Source: Candidatus Nitrospinota bacterium M3_3B_026
GTDB lineage: Bacteria; Nitrospinota_A; UBA7883; JBPRGF01
Length of the DNA: 64,000 nt
Direction of reading: 5' to 3'
NCBI GenBank assembly: GCA_051418015.1
Contig: JBPRGF010000033.1
Span: 1-64,000 of the forward strand
The notes under the pieces were generated by a model that was not told where the DNA came from, did not search any database, and was given only the letters and a program-made list of their open reading frames with translations. The translations under genes and the position numbers were made by a program. Of this stretch, positions 52,800-62,485 are shown one piece after another (within the stretch, counting starts at the first letter, position 1; each line of letters begins with the position of its first letter).

Positions 52800-55574
52800 T
52801 CACCGGCATTCAAGCCTCGCCTCGCCCGTGTCGCTGACGGGAAAACTGAAGGACTGGATCCCATCCGCCCCGCTGGACGCCAACTCTCCGCCGCGCCACG
52901 AGACCACGCAGCCTCCCGAAGCGCCGGCTATGGTCATCTTTACCGGTGAATGTCCCCTGAGCCGGAAATCGACAACGTTCCCTCTTTTTTCCCATTCGGC
53001 GATCCCGGCGTTGGAGGAGTGAAGATACGGGACTCCGTTAGGTTTCTTATCCACCAGGTAAAGGTAAGCCGGGCTCTTTCCCGTGAGGTGGACGTACCGG
53101 CCCTGGGGAATGTCGCGGAACCCGGCTATCCCCGTCGAGCGGGCGAAGTCCGGCCATCCGGCGTTCTTGTCCACGCGGATAGTTCGAAGGCTCCCGATGC
53201 CGGTTATCCTCCATCCGCCGTCCGGCGTCTCGGCCACGCCGGTGGTCAAGAACCCTTTCACTTTCTCCACGTACTCGCTCGCCCAGACTGGGAAGGTCTC
53301 CTGTTTTTCCACCCACTCGTAAACCTTGACAAGCGCCTTGAGGCTGGCCGTCTTCGCGCCTGAATAGAAGTGATAGTAGATATCAATGGGTTTCAGGCGG
53401 CGCGGCGAGCCGGTCAGCTCCAGCGTTTCTATAACCTTTTCGAAGCCATAGAACGGGCCCGTCCAGAGGTTCGTGTAGACGTTTTCGTTCATGATCGGCG
53501 CGTAGGTCTGGAAACGCTCCCCCACGGGCCTGCCTATCGCGGAGACCCTGGTGAAGGTGTCCCGGTTCCTGGTTATCGTCGTGCTCCCGCCGTTGATGTT
53601 GGCGAGGCCGAGTTCGTCGGCGAGTGCTACGGCGCGCTCGCCGGGCAGGGCGGCGCCAGTCCAGAGAAAAACCCTGACCTTTTTTCCCGGCGGCGCCAGC
53701 CGGGAGTTTATGTAGCCGACGGAGCCTTTTATCTCCCTTTCGATGTCAAGGGAGTAGCCGGGGATGTACAGGTTATACGTTTTGTCCTCTTCCCTTTCGC
53801 CGCCGCCCGAGCCGGGCCATATGAAAGGATGGCTGTATGAGTGGCTGGCGATCTCCACGTGGGGCATGGCGAAGATATCCCTCGCCGCCGCTTCGGCGCG
53901 GCCGGACGCCGCGGGATACAAGCCATATGGGGCCGTCTCGCCCTCGATTACGGAGACCGTGGCGGGATAGTCGTATCTGCTCAATATCCTGTCCCGGATC
54001 ACCTCTATCGCGAGAGGGCCGCCCGGCGCCTCGGAGGCGGTCACCGCGCCGTCGCCGTCGATATGGGTGAAAAGCAGCCGGCGCCCGTTTTCGGTGGTGA
54101 CGTCGGGGGCGAGGGGAGGGGGCGGAAGGGCCAGAGACAGGAACCGGAAGGGGTCTATTATCCATCTCGACGCTCTCTCGAGGGTCGGCATCAGGACGTA
54201 TGGGTTCAGCGCCGCGCCGCCCCATGGCCCGGTGAACACAACATCAAAAACCCTCCCTTCGGCGTCCCGGGTGGAAAAATGGCTTGCCGTCCGCTCACCG
54301 GACACCCGGTACCCGGCAAGCTCTCTCGTCCTGGGGATGATCGGCGCTTCGAACCCGGCCATGCCGCCGTTGTGGGCGACCGTGACCGGCTTCACTGGTT
54401 TCGAATTCACGGGGGTGACCCCGAGGCTTTTGAGCAGATCGTAGTCCGGCTCGAAACCGAGCGCCCCCAGCGCCGCCACCTTCACCCCGGATTCAACCTG
54501 CCGCCGGAACCAGTCGTGGTACCTCGCCGCGTCGGGAAGGCCGGGAGAGTGGAACCATGAGACAACGCCCGCGTACCGCCCTTTGAGCTCATACTCAGGC
54601 AGACTGTCCTCGACGTCGAGATATTCCACGACATAGCCCATGCTCTCAAGAGGCATGGCCAGCAGCCTGTGGGCGGAGCTGCTTGCGAGACTCTGGGCTT
54701 CCCGCCCGTTGTATAGGACCAGGACGCGCCTCGGGCGCGGCTCGATTGCGCCCACACCGGCGTAATCCAGGCCCGGCGTGGCTATCCAGGGGATGAAACC
54801 GTAGGACATGACACGCTTCGCCGCCTCCCGGGCAAGCTCGCGCCTCGAAGGCGGAAGGTAGTCTATGACTATCGCCGGGATTCCGTAAGCTTCCCTTACC
54901 TCGTCCAGCCTGGCCTTCAGCCACTTGAAATCCTCCTCCGGGACTTCCCTGTAGACCCTGTTCACCTGGTCCCAGCCGTAAAGCAGGGATTCGGCGGCCA
55001 CGGCGGCGGCGTGTTTGCCGGCCTTGTCGAGAATCTCGAAGCCCCTGTTGAATATGAGCTTGCCGCCGGGGAAGACGGCGTGGATCCGCTCGACAAGCTC
55101 CGCCAGCGCCTCCCGTTGCGCGGCGATCTGTTCCGGCTCCAGGGGCAGGGCCGTGTAGCTGTCCAGGGTGTCAAGGAAAAGACCGTCGAACCCGCGGTTT
55201 TTTATTTTCTCGGCCCGGTTCGTGACAAGCTCTATCCAGGCCGCGCTGGCCAGGTCGGGGATGTCGCTGTTCCATGCCTCGTTCGAGCCGATGAAAACGG
55301 ACGGGTCCACCTCGTCGCTCCACTCCTTGGAGCGGTCGGCCTCGCCCACGCTCAGGTAAGCGAACACGCTGGCGCCGGACGCTTTTATCCTTTCAAGCTC
55401 CTCCGCCGTGATGTTGTCGGCGTTCAGTACCACCCAATCGTACTGGGCCAGGATATCGGAGGGCGGGTTGGACGTGTAATAAAAAGCGACACTGGGGCCA
55501 GCCGCGGAAGCTGGTGGAACGAAAAGGAGCGCAACCAGCCCCGCGATCGTCCACAAGACGCCAACAGCCCGCAA
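52800..55574 (-). CDS. pelA: PelA bifunctional glycoside hydrolase / polysaccharide deacetylase
   Basis: Signal peptide; hydrolase motifs AYLSVGE, GLFLDTLDSY, NRGFE, AAESL; deacetylase motifs HIDGDG, ASHSYSHPF, NENVYTN.W, YYHFYS. Confidence 0.93.
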   Translation of the reverse strand: MRAVGVLWTIAGLVALLFVPPASAAGPSVAFYYTSNPPSDILAQYDWVVLNADNITAEELERIKASGASVFAYLSVGEADRSKEWSDEVDPSVFIGSNEAWNSDIPDLASAAWIELVTNRAEKIKNRGFDGLFLDTLDSYTALPLEPEQIAAQREALAELVERIHAVFPGGKLIFNRGFEILDKAGKHAAAVAAESLLYGWDQVNRVYREVPEEDFKWLKARLDEVREAYGIPAIVIDYLPPSRRELAREAAKRVMSYGFIPWIATPGLDYAGVGAIEPRPRRVLVLYNGREAQSLASSSAHRLLAMPLESMGYVVEYLDVEDSLPEYELKGRYAGVVSWFHSPGLPDAARYHDWFRRQVESGVKVAALGALGFEPDYDLLKSLGVTPVNSKPVKPVTVAHNGGMAGFEAPIIPRTRELAGYRVSGERTASHFSTRDAEGRVFDVVFTGPWGGAALNPYVLMPTLERASRWIIDPFRFLSLALPPPPLAPDVTTENGRRLLFTHIDGDGAVTASEAPGGPLAIEVIRDRILSRYDYPATVSVIEGETAPYGLYPAASGRAEAAARDIFAMPHVEIASHSYSHPFIWPGSGGGEREEDKTYNLYIPGYSLDIEREIKGSVGYINSRLAPPGKKVRVFLWTGAALPGERAVALADELGLANINGGSTTITRNRDTFTRVSAIGRPVGERFQTYAPIMNENVYTNLWTGPFYGFEKVIETLELTGSPRRLKPIDIYYHFYSGAKTASLKALVKVYEWVEKQETFPVWASEYVEKVKGFLTTGVAETPDGGWRITGIGSLRTIRVDKNAGWPDFARSTGIAGFRDIPQGRYVHLTGKSPAYLYLVDKKPNGVPYLHSSNAGIAEWEKRGNVVDFRLRGHSPVKMTIAGASGGCVVSWRGGELASSGADGIQSFSFPVSDTGEARLECR

Positions 55575-56058
55575 GAAGGCCTTTTTTTCTTTCCCCGAAT
55601 CCGGTTTTATTTGAAAATCTCCAGCAGCCTGTTTTTATAGCGGATCGCCATGGGAAGGCGACACGTCATTCCGGTGGCGGAGCGCTGCCAGCCGCCCATT
55701 CCTTCCGGCGCCGAGGTATCGGCTTAAAAGCAAGATTCACGTTTGTCCCCAAGCCCTGTAACATTAGATACTATATAAATTTAACTTTTGTCAAAAATTT
55801 CACTTGATTGAAAGTCCTGTAACAACAAAGATAACACGCGCCGGACGCCCGCGCCAAACAACACGCCGGTTCGCTACGCGAGACCTGGCGCTTGCGCCAA
55901 AGAGGAGTCCGCAGGCGAAAAGAGGTTTTTCTTTCCTGGTTTTACTGCCCATCACTCACCCTCCGTCGCCTGCGCGTAGCTTGAGGACAAGTGAGGACAA
56001 GAATCCCGTTTACAGAAACCTTTATCTTGTGTAGTGTAAACTCTTGTGTATTAAAGCC

Positions 56059-56136
56059 GCGCCCGTAGCTCAGCCCGGATAGAGCGTCAGATTGCGGTTC
56101 TGAAGGTCACAGGTTCGAGTCCTGTCGGGCGCGCCA
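56059..56136 (+). tRNA. tRNA-Arg, anticodon GCG
   Basis: Acceptor stem GCGCCCG/CGGGCGC plus GCCA; D arm GCTC/GAGC with GGA; anticodon arm TCAGA-TTGCGGT-TCTGA (GCG at 56094-56096); T arm ACAGG-TTCGAGT-CCTGT. Confidence 0.95.
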
Positions 56137-56245
56137 ATTTTACAAAGACCGCCTGTTCGCGATTCCGCGAAAAACTGGAACAGTCGTTCTCCTCCACCTT
56201 CATGAAGCCGTCGTGGCTATTATGGAATCGACCCTCTCCTTTCGC

Positions 56246-56839
56246 TCAGCCCACCCTGGGGCCGCGCTTGGACAGGCCCGCCGTCAGCGCAAGCCGCATG
56301 GCGTCCTCCACGGGGATGTCCACCGGTTGAGTGCTGGAACGCGGCAGGTACAGCGTGTACCCCCCGACCTGGTAGCTCATGGGAAGGTAGACCGCCACGG
56401 TGTCGCCCTCACCGGCCAGCTCCTTTGGAGAATCCACCTTCTCGCGGGTCAGGAAGCCGATCATGCGCGCCTCGCCGATGGAGACCATGACGACGTTCTC
56501 CAGGCCGCCCTCCTGGGAGACGGAAAAGTAGTCCATGAAATCCCGCAACGCGCCGTAGATGGATTTGACCAGCGGGATCCTCTCCAGCATGGCCTCGCCC
56601 GTTTCGATCACCCGGCGGACGATCCATGCGTTGACCATCAGCCCCGCCGCGAACAGCGCCGCCATCCCGGCCAGCAGCCCCATGCCGGGGACATAGTATT
56701 CGTCGGGGACGGTGAAGGAGATCACGGGCCGCAGGATCCTCTCGAGCGAAACCCCAAGCCAGTAGATGAGGTAAAAGGTCAGCCCGACCGGCAGGATGGC
56801 GGCCAGGCCCTTCAGCAGTATGTTCCATACGGATCGCAT
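56246..56839 (-). CDS. DUF502 family membrane protein
   Basis: GLAAILPVGLT, RIPLVKSIY, IGFLT, VYLPMSYQVGGYT. Start at ATG 56839. Confidence 0.85.
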   Translation of the reverse strand: MRSVWNILLKGLAAILPVGLTFYLIYWLGVSLERILRPVISFTVPDEYYVPGMGLLAGMAALFAAGLMVNAWIVRRVIETGEAMLERIPLVKSIYGALRDFMDYFSVSQEGGLENVVMVSIGEARMIGFLTREKVDSPKELAGEGDTVAVYLPMSYQVGGYTLYLPRSSTQPVDIPVEDAMRLALTAGLSKRGPRVG

Positions 56840-57048
56840 ATAGATGTCTCCCGTTCGTTTGCCGTTTAAGCGCGCCTGGCCGCATGGCCCAGGTCGCATA
56901 GTGAGATTTTACAGTGAACCCGGCGGGGAGCGCCAACCCGGCGCGCCGGGCGTGATAACATGTGCGCCATGAGCTTCGAGGCGGGCGCTGGACCTGCGCG
57001 CGCGGCGCATAATCTATGTGCGTTCCCGCGGAAGGGGGCTGGAGGATT

Positions 57049-59742
57049 ATGACTGAGCCGTACCTTGCGCAGGCGGAGAGCGTCCTAACCGAACACGGTG
57101 TCGAGCCCGGGCGCGGCCTCTCCGGCAAGGAGGCCCGCCGCCGACTGTCGCGCCACGGCCCGAACAGCCTGCGCCGCAAACCCCGCAGGTCGGCTTTTCG
57201 CATCCTGCTGGACCAGGTTGAAAGCCCGATGACCATGCTGCTCGCCGCGGCGGCCGGGGTCGCCCTGCTGATGGTGGACCTGGCCGAGGCGGCCGCCATC
57301 CTCGTGGTCATAGTCATAAACTCTGCTATAGGATTTTTCACCGAGCTGAAGGCCACCCGCTCCATGGAGGCCCTGTACAGCCTTGGGAAGGCGATGGCGC
57401 GCGTCCGCCGCGGCGGCCGGATACTTGAAATACCGGCGGAACGGCTGGTTCCTGGAGACATCGTGATAGTCGAGGGGGGAGACGTCGTCACGGCGGATAT
57501 GCGGCTTTTCCAGGCGTCGAGGCTCCAGGCCGACGAGTCCGCCTTGACAGGAGAGTCGGTCCCCGTCGGCAAGTCCATAGAGCCCGTGGAGGAGGGGGCG
57601 CCCCTGGCCGAGCGGTCCTGCATACTCTACAAAGGGACCGCCGTAACCCGCGGCTCCGGCGAGGGAGTCGTGACGGCGACGGGGCTTGCCTCCGAGCTCG
57701 GGAAGATATCATCGCTGGTGGAGAAGACCGGCGAGACCGCCACGCCGCTTGAGCGAAGGTTGGAGAGCTTCGGTAAAAAGCTTATCTGGGTCGCCTTGGG
57801 GCTGGCGGCCGCCCTGGCCGTTATCGGCGTGGCGGCGGGGCGCGAGACGGGGCTGATGCTGGAGACGGTGATAGCTCTGGCCGTCGCCGCCGTGCCGGAG
57901 GGGCTGCCTGTCGTGGCGACGATAGCCCTGGCGCGCGGGATGTGGCGCATGGCCCGCAGGAACGCTCTCATCAACCGTCTCTCCGCCGTCGAGACCCTCG
58001 GCGGGGTGGAGGTGATCCTCGTGGACAAGACAGGCACCCTTACGGAAAACCGGATGTCCGTGGCCCGGTTGTCGCTGCCATCCGGGGAATACGAGGCGAA
58101 GGATGGAAAATTCGAAAAAGGCGGTGAGACCGTGGATACCTCCGAAGGCGCGGCTCTGCGTGAGGCGCTGGAGATCGGGGCGCTTTGCAACAATGCCGAG
58201 TGGGGCGCGCAGGAGGAAGGCGGACGGCCCCGGGTGGTGGGAGACCCCCTGGAGGCGGCCCTGCTGGAGGCGGCCTCCTGGGCCGGGATAGACCGCGCCG
58301 GGCTCATCCGCGCCATGCCTGAGGAGCGGGAGGAGGCTTTCGACACGGCGGCGAGGATGATGGCGACGTTCCACCGGGCGGAGGGGGCGTTCCGCGTCGC
58401 CGTCAAGGGCGGGCCGGAGGAGGTCCTGGCCGCTAGCGCGAGGATCCGCGACGGAGAAGGCGAAAGGGCCCTCGGTGAGGACGAGCGAAGGGAATGGCTG
58501 GAGCGCAACGAGGCGATGGCGCGGGGTGGGCTGCGGGTGCTTGCCCTGGCCGCGAAGAACGTGGACGATGTCAACGCCGGGCCATACGACGATCTTGTGT
58601 TCCTGGGGCTTGTGGGGCTTGCGGATCCGCCTCGAAAAGGCGTCCGGGACGCGCTTGAAAAGTGCGGGACGGCCGGCGTCCGCGTCGTGATGGCGACGGG
58701 GGACCAGCCGGAGACGGCCCGCCATATAGCCCGTGCCGTGGGGCTGACGGACATGGAGGACGCCGCGGTAATCTCCGGCCGGGATATCCGGCCTCTTGAA
58801 AACCTTTCGGAGAAGGAGCGCGAGCGCCTGCGCGCCGCCTCGATCCTGGCGCGAGTCAGCCCGGAGCAGAAGCTCGACCTGGTTGACATCCACCAGCGGG
58901 GCGGGGCCACCGTCGCCATGACCGGCGACGGGGTGAACGACGCCCCGGCGCTGAAGAAGGCGGACATCGGCATAGCCATGGGGTTGCGGGGCACGCAGGT
59001 GGCCCGGGAGGCGGCGGACATGACGTTGAAAGACGACGCGTTCGAAAGCATCGTCGCCGCCATCGAGCAGGGGCGCGTCATATTCGACAACATACGCAAA
59101 TTCGTCCTCTACCTGCTCTCCTGCAACGTAAGCGAGGTGTTCGTCGTGGCGATCGCCACGGTGATGAACGCTCCGCTGCCCATTCTGCCGTTGCAGATTC
59201 TATTTCTGAACCTCGTGACGGACGTCTTCCCCGCGCTGGCCCTCGGCGTGGGCCCGGGCGACCCGGCTATCATGCGCCGCCCTCCCCGCCCGGCGGGGGA
59301 GGACATACTGACCCGCGGCCATTGGGCCGCCATCATGGGTTACGGGGCGCTCATAACCGCCGCCACGCTCGGCGCGTTCGCTTTCGCGCTGGCTCGGCCT
59401 GGGATGGATGAGTCCGGCGCCGTGACGGTGGCGTTTCTCACGCTGGCGTTTTCGCAGCTCTGGAACGTGTTCAACATGCGGTCGAAAGAGTCCGGCCTCT
59501 TTTTAAACGACATCACCCGCAATCCGTGGGTATGGGGCGCGCTGGGGCTCTGCGCCGCGCTGCTGGCCGCCGCCGTATACGTCCCGCGGCTGTCCGCCGC
59601 GTTGTCCGCCCCCCCGCCGGACGCCGTGGGCTGGCTTGCCGTGATGGGTTTTTCCGCCCTGCCCTTTATCCTCGGCCAGGGATGGATATTCCTTTCGGGA
59701 AGGCTTCGCCGTCCCGCCGCTCGCACCGCCGCGGGGCGCTGA
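57049..59742 (+). CDS. Cation-transporting P-type ATPase (P2A, Ca2+-type)
   Basis: LTGES, PEGL, DKTGTLT, KGGPE, TGDGVND, NLVTDVFPALAL; GGAGG RBS before ATG 57049. Confidence 0.92.
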   Translation: MTEPYLAQAESVLTEHGVEPGRGLSGKEARRRLSRHGPNSLRRKPRRSAFRILLDQVESPMTMLLAAAAGVALLMVDLAEAAAILVVIVINSAIGFFTELKATRSMEALYSLGKAMARVRRGGRILEIPAERLVPGDIVIVEGGDVVTADMRLFQASRLQADESALTGESVPVGKSIEPVEEGAPLAERSCILYKGTAVTRGSGEGVVTATGLASELGKISSLVEKTGETATPLERRLESFGKKLIWVALGLAAALAVIGVAAGRETGLMLETVIALAVAAVPEGLPVVATIALARGMWRMARRNALINRLSAVETLGGVEVILVDKTGTLTENRMSVARLSLPSGEYEAKDGKFEKGGETVDTSEGAALREALEIGALCNNAEWGAQEEGGRPRVVGDPLEAALLEAASWAGIDRAGLIRAMPEEREEAFDTAARMMATFHRAEGAFRVAVKGGPEEVLAASARIRDGEGERALGEDERREWLERNEAMARGGLRVLALAAKNVDDVNAGPYDDLVFLGLVGLADPPRKGVRDALEKCGTAGVRVVMATGDQPETARHIARAVGLTDMEDAAVISGRDIRPLENLSEKERERLRAASILARVSPEQKLDLVDIHQRGGATVAMTGDGVNDAPALKKADIGIAMGLRGTQVAREAADMTLKDDAFESIVAAIEQGRVIFDNIRKFVLYLLSCNVSEVFVVAIATVMNAPLPILPLQILFLNLVTDVFPALALGVGPGDPAIMRRPPRPAGEDILTRGHWAAIMGYGALITAATLGAFAFALARPGMDESGAVTVAFLTLAFSQLWNVFNMRSKESGLFLNDITRNPWVWGALGLCAALLAAAVYVPRLSAALSAPPPDAVGWLAVMGFSALPFILGQGWIFLSGRLRRPAARTAAGR

Positions 59743-59796
59743 TGTTATAAAAGCTGGCAAAAGAAATGATGTTTTATTAAACTGTGCCCCTCCGGG

Positions 59797-60879
59797 TTGA
59801 CCGGGTTCAACAAGTCTATCGAGTTCAAAGTGAGCGATATCGAAAACGCCGCCACGCCCGTCAAAGCGCTGGTTGTGGACGACGAGGTGATAACCTGCGA
59901 CCTCCTGTCGCGGTACCTCAGGAAGGAAGGCTACGAGGCCGAAGTGGTCAACGACGGCGTCGCCGCCGTGGAGCGGGTAAAGGAAGGCGGCGTGGACGTG
60001 GTCCTGCTGGATATCCGTATGCCCGGCCTGAGCGGCGTCGAGGCGCTGAAGGTGATAAGGAGCATCGACGAGGAGGTCGTGGTCATCATGCTGACGGCGG
60101 TAGACGACGTGGACACCGCCCTGGAGACCGTGCGGGAGGGCGCGGACGAGTACCTGAGAAAACCGCTGATGCTGCCGGACCTGAAGCGCGCCATAACAAC
60201 CGCCATGGAGAAAAAGAGGCTGCGGCGGGAGAACCAGGAGTACCAGAAACGGCTCGAGGACAAGGTGGCCGAGCAGACCTCCGAGCTGCGGGAGATGAAC
60301 GTCTACCTGAAAGAGTCGTGCGTAAAAATCGTGCGCGCGCTGTCGGAGGCGATAGAGGCCAAGGACCCTTATACGAAGGGCCATTGCCGCAGGGTCACGG
60401 AGCTTTCGCTGCGCCTTGGCGGACAGATCGGCCTTTCCGCCGAGGAGATGGAGGCGCTGGAGTACGGCGCGCTGCTCCACGATATCGGCAAGATCGGCGT
60501 GCGGGACTCCGTCCTGGGCAAGCCGGGGAGGCTGACCGAGGAGGAGTACGAGCACATCAAGCAACACCCCGTCATAGGCGACAGCATAGTCGGAGGTATA
60601 GACTATTTGAAGCTCGCCGCAAGCGTCATCAGGAATCACCACGAGCGATACGACGGGAAGGGGTATCCCGACGGGCTGGACGGATCCAAGCTCAGCGCCC
60701 TGCCGAAGATATTGGTCATAACCGACGCTTTCGACGCCATGACAAGCCCCCGCCCGTACCGCGGCGGGATGTCCACGGAGAGGGCGTTGTCTGTCCTGAG
60801 GGAGGAGAGCGGGGCGCAGTTCGACCCGGAGCTCGTGGAGCTTTTTATAGAGAAGAAGCTCTATAAGCTGGACGTCTGA
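59797..60879 (+). CDS. Response-regulator HD-GYP c-di-GMP phosphodiesterase
   Basis: REC motifs VVDDE and LLDIRMPG; KDPYTKGH, LLHDIGK, HHERYDGKGYP, DAFDAM...RPYR. Start uncertain (TTG 59797 or GTG 59830). Confidence 0.92.
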   Translation: MTGFNKSIEFKVSDIENAATPVKALVVDDEVITCDLLSRYLRKEGYEAEVVNDGVAAVERVKEGGVDVVLLDIRMPGLSGVEALKVIRSIDEEVVVIMLTAVDDVDTALETVREGADEYLRKPLMLPDLKRAITTAMEKKRLRRENQEYQKRLEDKVAEQTSELREMNVYLKESCVKIVRALSEAIEAKDPYTKGHCRRVTELSLRLGGQIGLSAEEMEALEYGALLHDIGKIGVRDSVLGKPGRLTEEEYEHIKQHPVIGDSIVGGIDYLKLAASVIRNHHERYDGKGYPDGLDGSKLSALPKILVITDAFDAMTSPRPYRGGMSTERALSVLREESGAQFDPELVELFIEKKLYKLDV

Positions 60880-60932
60880 AAGACGGCTGCCTCGTGTTCC
60901 TGGCAACGCGCCGGTTTGGAAAAAACAAATCA

Positions 60933-60967
60933 AGATCCTTCAGTGCGCTCCGCTCGTTCAGGATGAC
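60933..60967. repeat. Half of a REP-like element
   Basis: AGATCCTTC...CGCTCGTTCAGGATGAC; its reverse complement GTCATCCTGAACG resembles GTCATTCTGAGC at 32762. Confidence 0.4.
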
Positions 60968-61128
60968 GAGAGTGGGGGGGGCCTGAAGGCGTCGGCGAAT
61001 AATTTCAAACTGACGCACAGCTTTGTTCCTCACGCCCGCCGCCGTGGTTTCGCGTCTGGCGCCTCCGCAAAGTTGGTGGAAATCTGATAATGTGTTGTCT
61101 CCACTTCGAGCAATTGCAGCCTGAAGAG

Positions 61129-61626
61129 ATGAGCCGGAAAGACAGATTCGAGCGATACGTGGCGCCGCATTCCGAAAGGCTTTTCCTGTCCGCCCTGCGC
61201 CTTACCGGGAACAGTTTTGACGCGGAGGACCTGATGCAGGATACCCTGTACAGGGCCTACAAGAACATCGACAAGCTCAAAGACCCCGTCAATCCCGCGG
61301 GCTGGCTTTTCACGATAATGAAAAACGTCCATCTGAACGATATCAGGGCGAGCCGCCGCCGCGAGGCGCCACTTTACAACGAGGAGCGGGTGGCGATGAT
61401 ACCTGACACCGCCGCTGGGGACCCCGTGGACGAGATGTCGGACGCGCTGGGAGCCCTGCCCGATGAGGCAAGGGCGATACTCGTGGCGCGGGAGGTTCAA
61501 GGGCTTGATTATAATGAGATAGCCGAAAGTTTTGGCCTGCCCCTCGGCACGGTGAAAAGCAGGATCAAGAGAGCGCGGGAGAAGCTGCGGGAAATCTGGC
61601 TGGAGACGGCGAAAAAAAGGGGCTGA
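61129..61626 (+). CDS. ECF-type RNA polymerase sigma factor
   Basis: DAEDLMQD, WLFTI, Y.EIA...GLPLGTVKSRI.RAR; regions 2 and 4 only. Confidence 0.92.
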   Translation: MSRKDRFERYVAPHSERLFLSALRLTGNSFDAEDLMQDTLYRAYKNIDKLKDPVNPAGWLFTIMKNVHLNDIRASRRREAPLYNEERVAMIPDTAAGDPVDEMSDALGALPDEARAILVAREVQGLDYNEIAESFGLPLGTVKSRIKRAREKLREIWLETAKKRG

Positions 61627-61630
61627 CAGC

Positions 61631-61659
61631 GGAACTTTTCGCCTGCTTGGGGTGTTTTA
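61631..61659 (+). promoter_or_regulatory. Candidate ECF-sigma promoter upstream of the anti-sigma gene
   Basis: GGAACTT-N16-GTTTTA in the 55-bp gap between the sigma and anti-sigma genes. Confidence 0.45.
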
Positions 61660-61681
61660 TAGTGCAAAAGGGCATTGAAAA

Positions 61682-62485
61682 ATGAGTTGCGTGGAATTCA
61701 GGGAGCTATTGTGGGATTTCTCCTCCGGGGCGCTTCCGGGGGACGAGGCCCGGCGGGTGGAGGAGCATGTCTCTGGCTGTCCCTCCTGCGCCGGGGAGCT
61801 TGAGTTCGTAGGGGAGATGAGGTCGAATCTTGCCGTCTCCCCGGGCGCCGAGGCGCGGGAGGGCGCCCACCGCGCCCTTGCCAGAGCGCGCGCGAGGATA
61901 GAAGAAGACGAAAGGCGGGCCGCCGGAGCCTGGGCTTTTTCGGGCTTTCCGGTCTTCAAGCCGCTTGTGGGGGCGTTCGCCGCCGCGGCGGTCCTTGCCC
62001 TGGCGATCATCGCCGTATGGCCCGGGCGGACGGCGGCCGTCGGCCTGGACGCGATGATATCCCAGCACCTGGTCTGCATCATCAAGGGCCACCACGCCAA
62101 CTACGAGTGCGACACCGAAGCGGAGTTTGTGGAGATGGCCCTGGCCGAGATCGGCGCCGCGCCGGTTCCCTTCAGCGCGGTTCCCGGCTCCTTCATAAAG
62201 GGCGACATGTGCAGGATAGACAGCACAAACGCCGCCCACGCCCTGTTCGACGCGGACGGTGATATAGTCTCCTATTTCCAGTTCAAAGACGCCTCGGGAG
62301 GGCTGATGAAAGGCGAGGCCGTGAAAAAGATCGGGGCGGGCGCGTGGAGGTACTCCTCCAGGGGGCACGAGATGATAATAGTGAAAGAAGACGGCGGCGT
62401 ATATTCCGTCTACACCTCCCGCATGGCGTTCCCGGAGCTATTGGGCTTCGTGGAGAGCGCAAGGCGCCCGGCGCCGCGGACATGA
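61682..62485 (+). CDS. Zinc-binding (zf-HC2/ZAS) anti-sigma factor
   Basis: C3...HVSGCPSC, single TM, Cys/His-containing extracytoplasmic domain; directly after the ECF sigma. Confidence 0.88.
   Translation: MSCVEFRELLWDFSSGALPGDEARRVEEHVSGCPSCAGELEFVGEMRSNLAVSPGAEAREGAHRALARARARIEEDERRAAGAWAFSGFPVFKPLVGAFAAAAVLALAIIAVWPGRTAAVGLDAMISQHLVCIIKGHHANYECDTEAEFVEMALAEIGAAPVPFSAVPGSFIKGDMCRIDSTNAAHALFDADGDIVSYFQFKDASGGLMKGEAVKKIGAGAWRYSSRGHEMIIVKEDGGVYSVYTSRMAFPELLGFVESARRPAPRT

Noticed and set aside
55580..56050. c-di-GMP riboswitch upstream of pelA
   Set aside because: No GEMM-I or class II consensus was found on the minus strand.
56110..56136. tRNA 3' end as an island attachment site for the pel or czc block
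   Set aside because: I saw no duplicated tRNA 3' end and no integrase in the window (manual inspection only).
59755..59770. TGGCAAAAGAAATGAT as a sigma54 promoter for the HD-GYP gene
   Set aside because: The -12 dinucleotide is GA, not the near-invariant GC.
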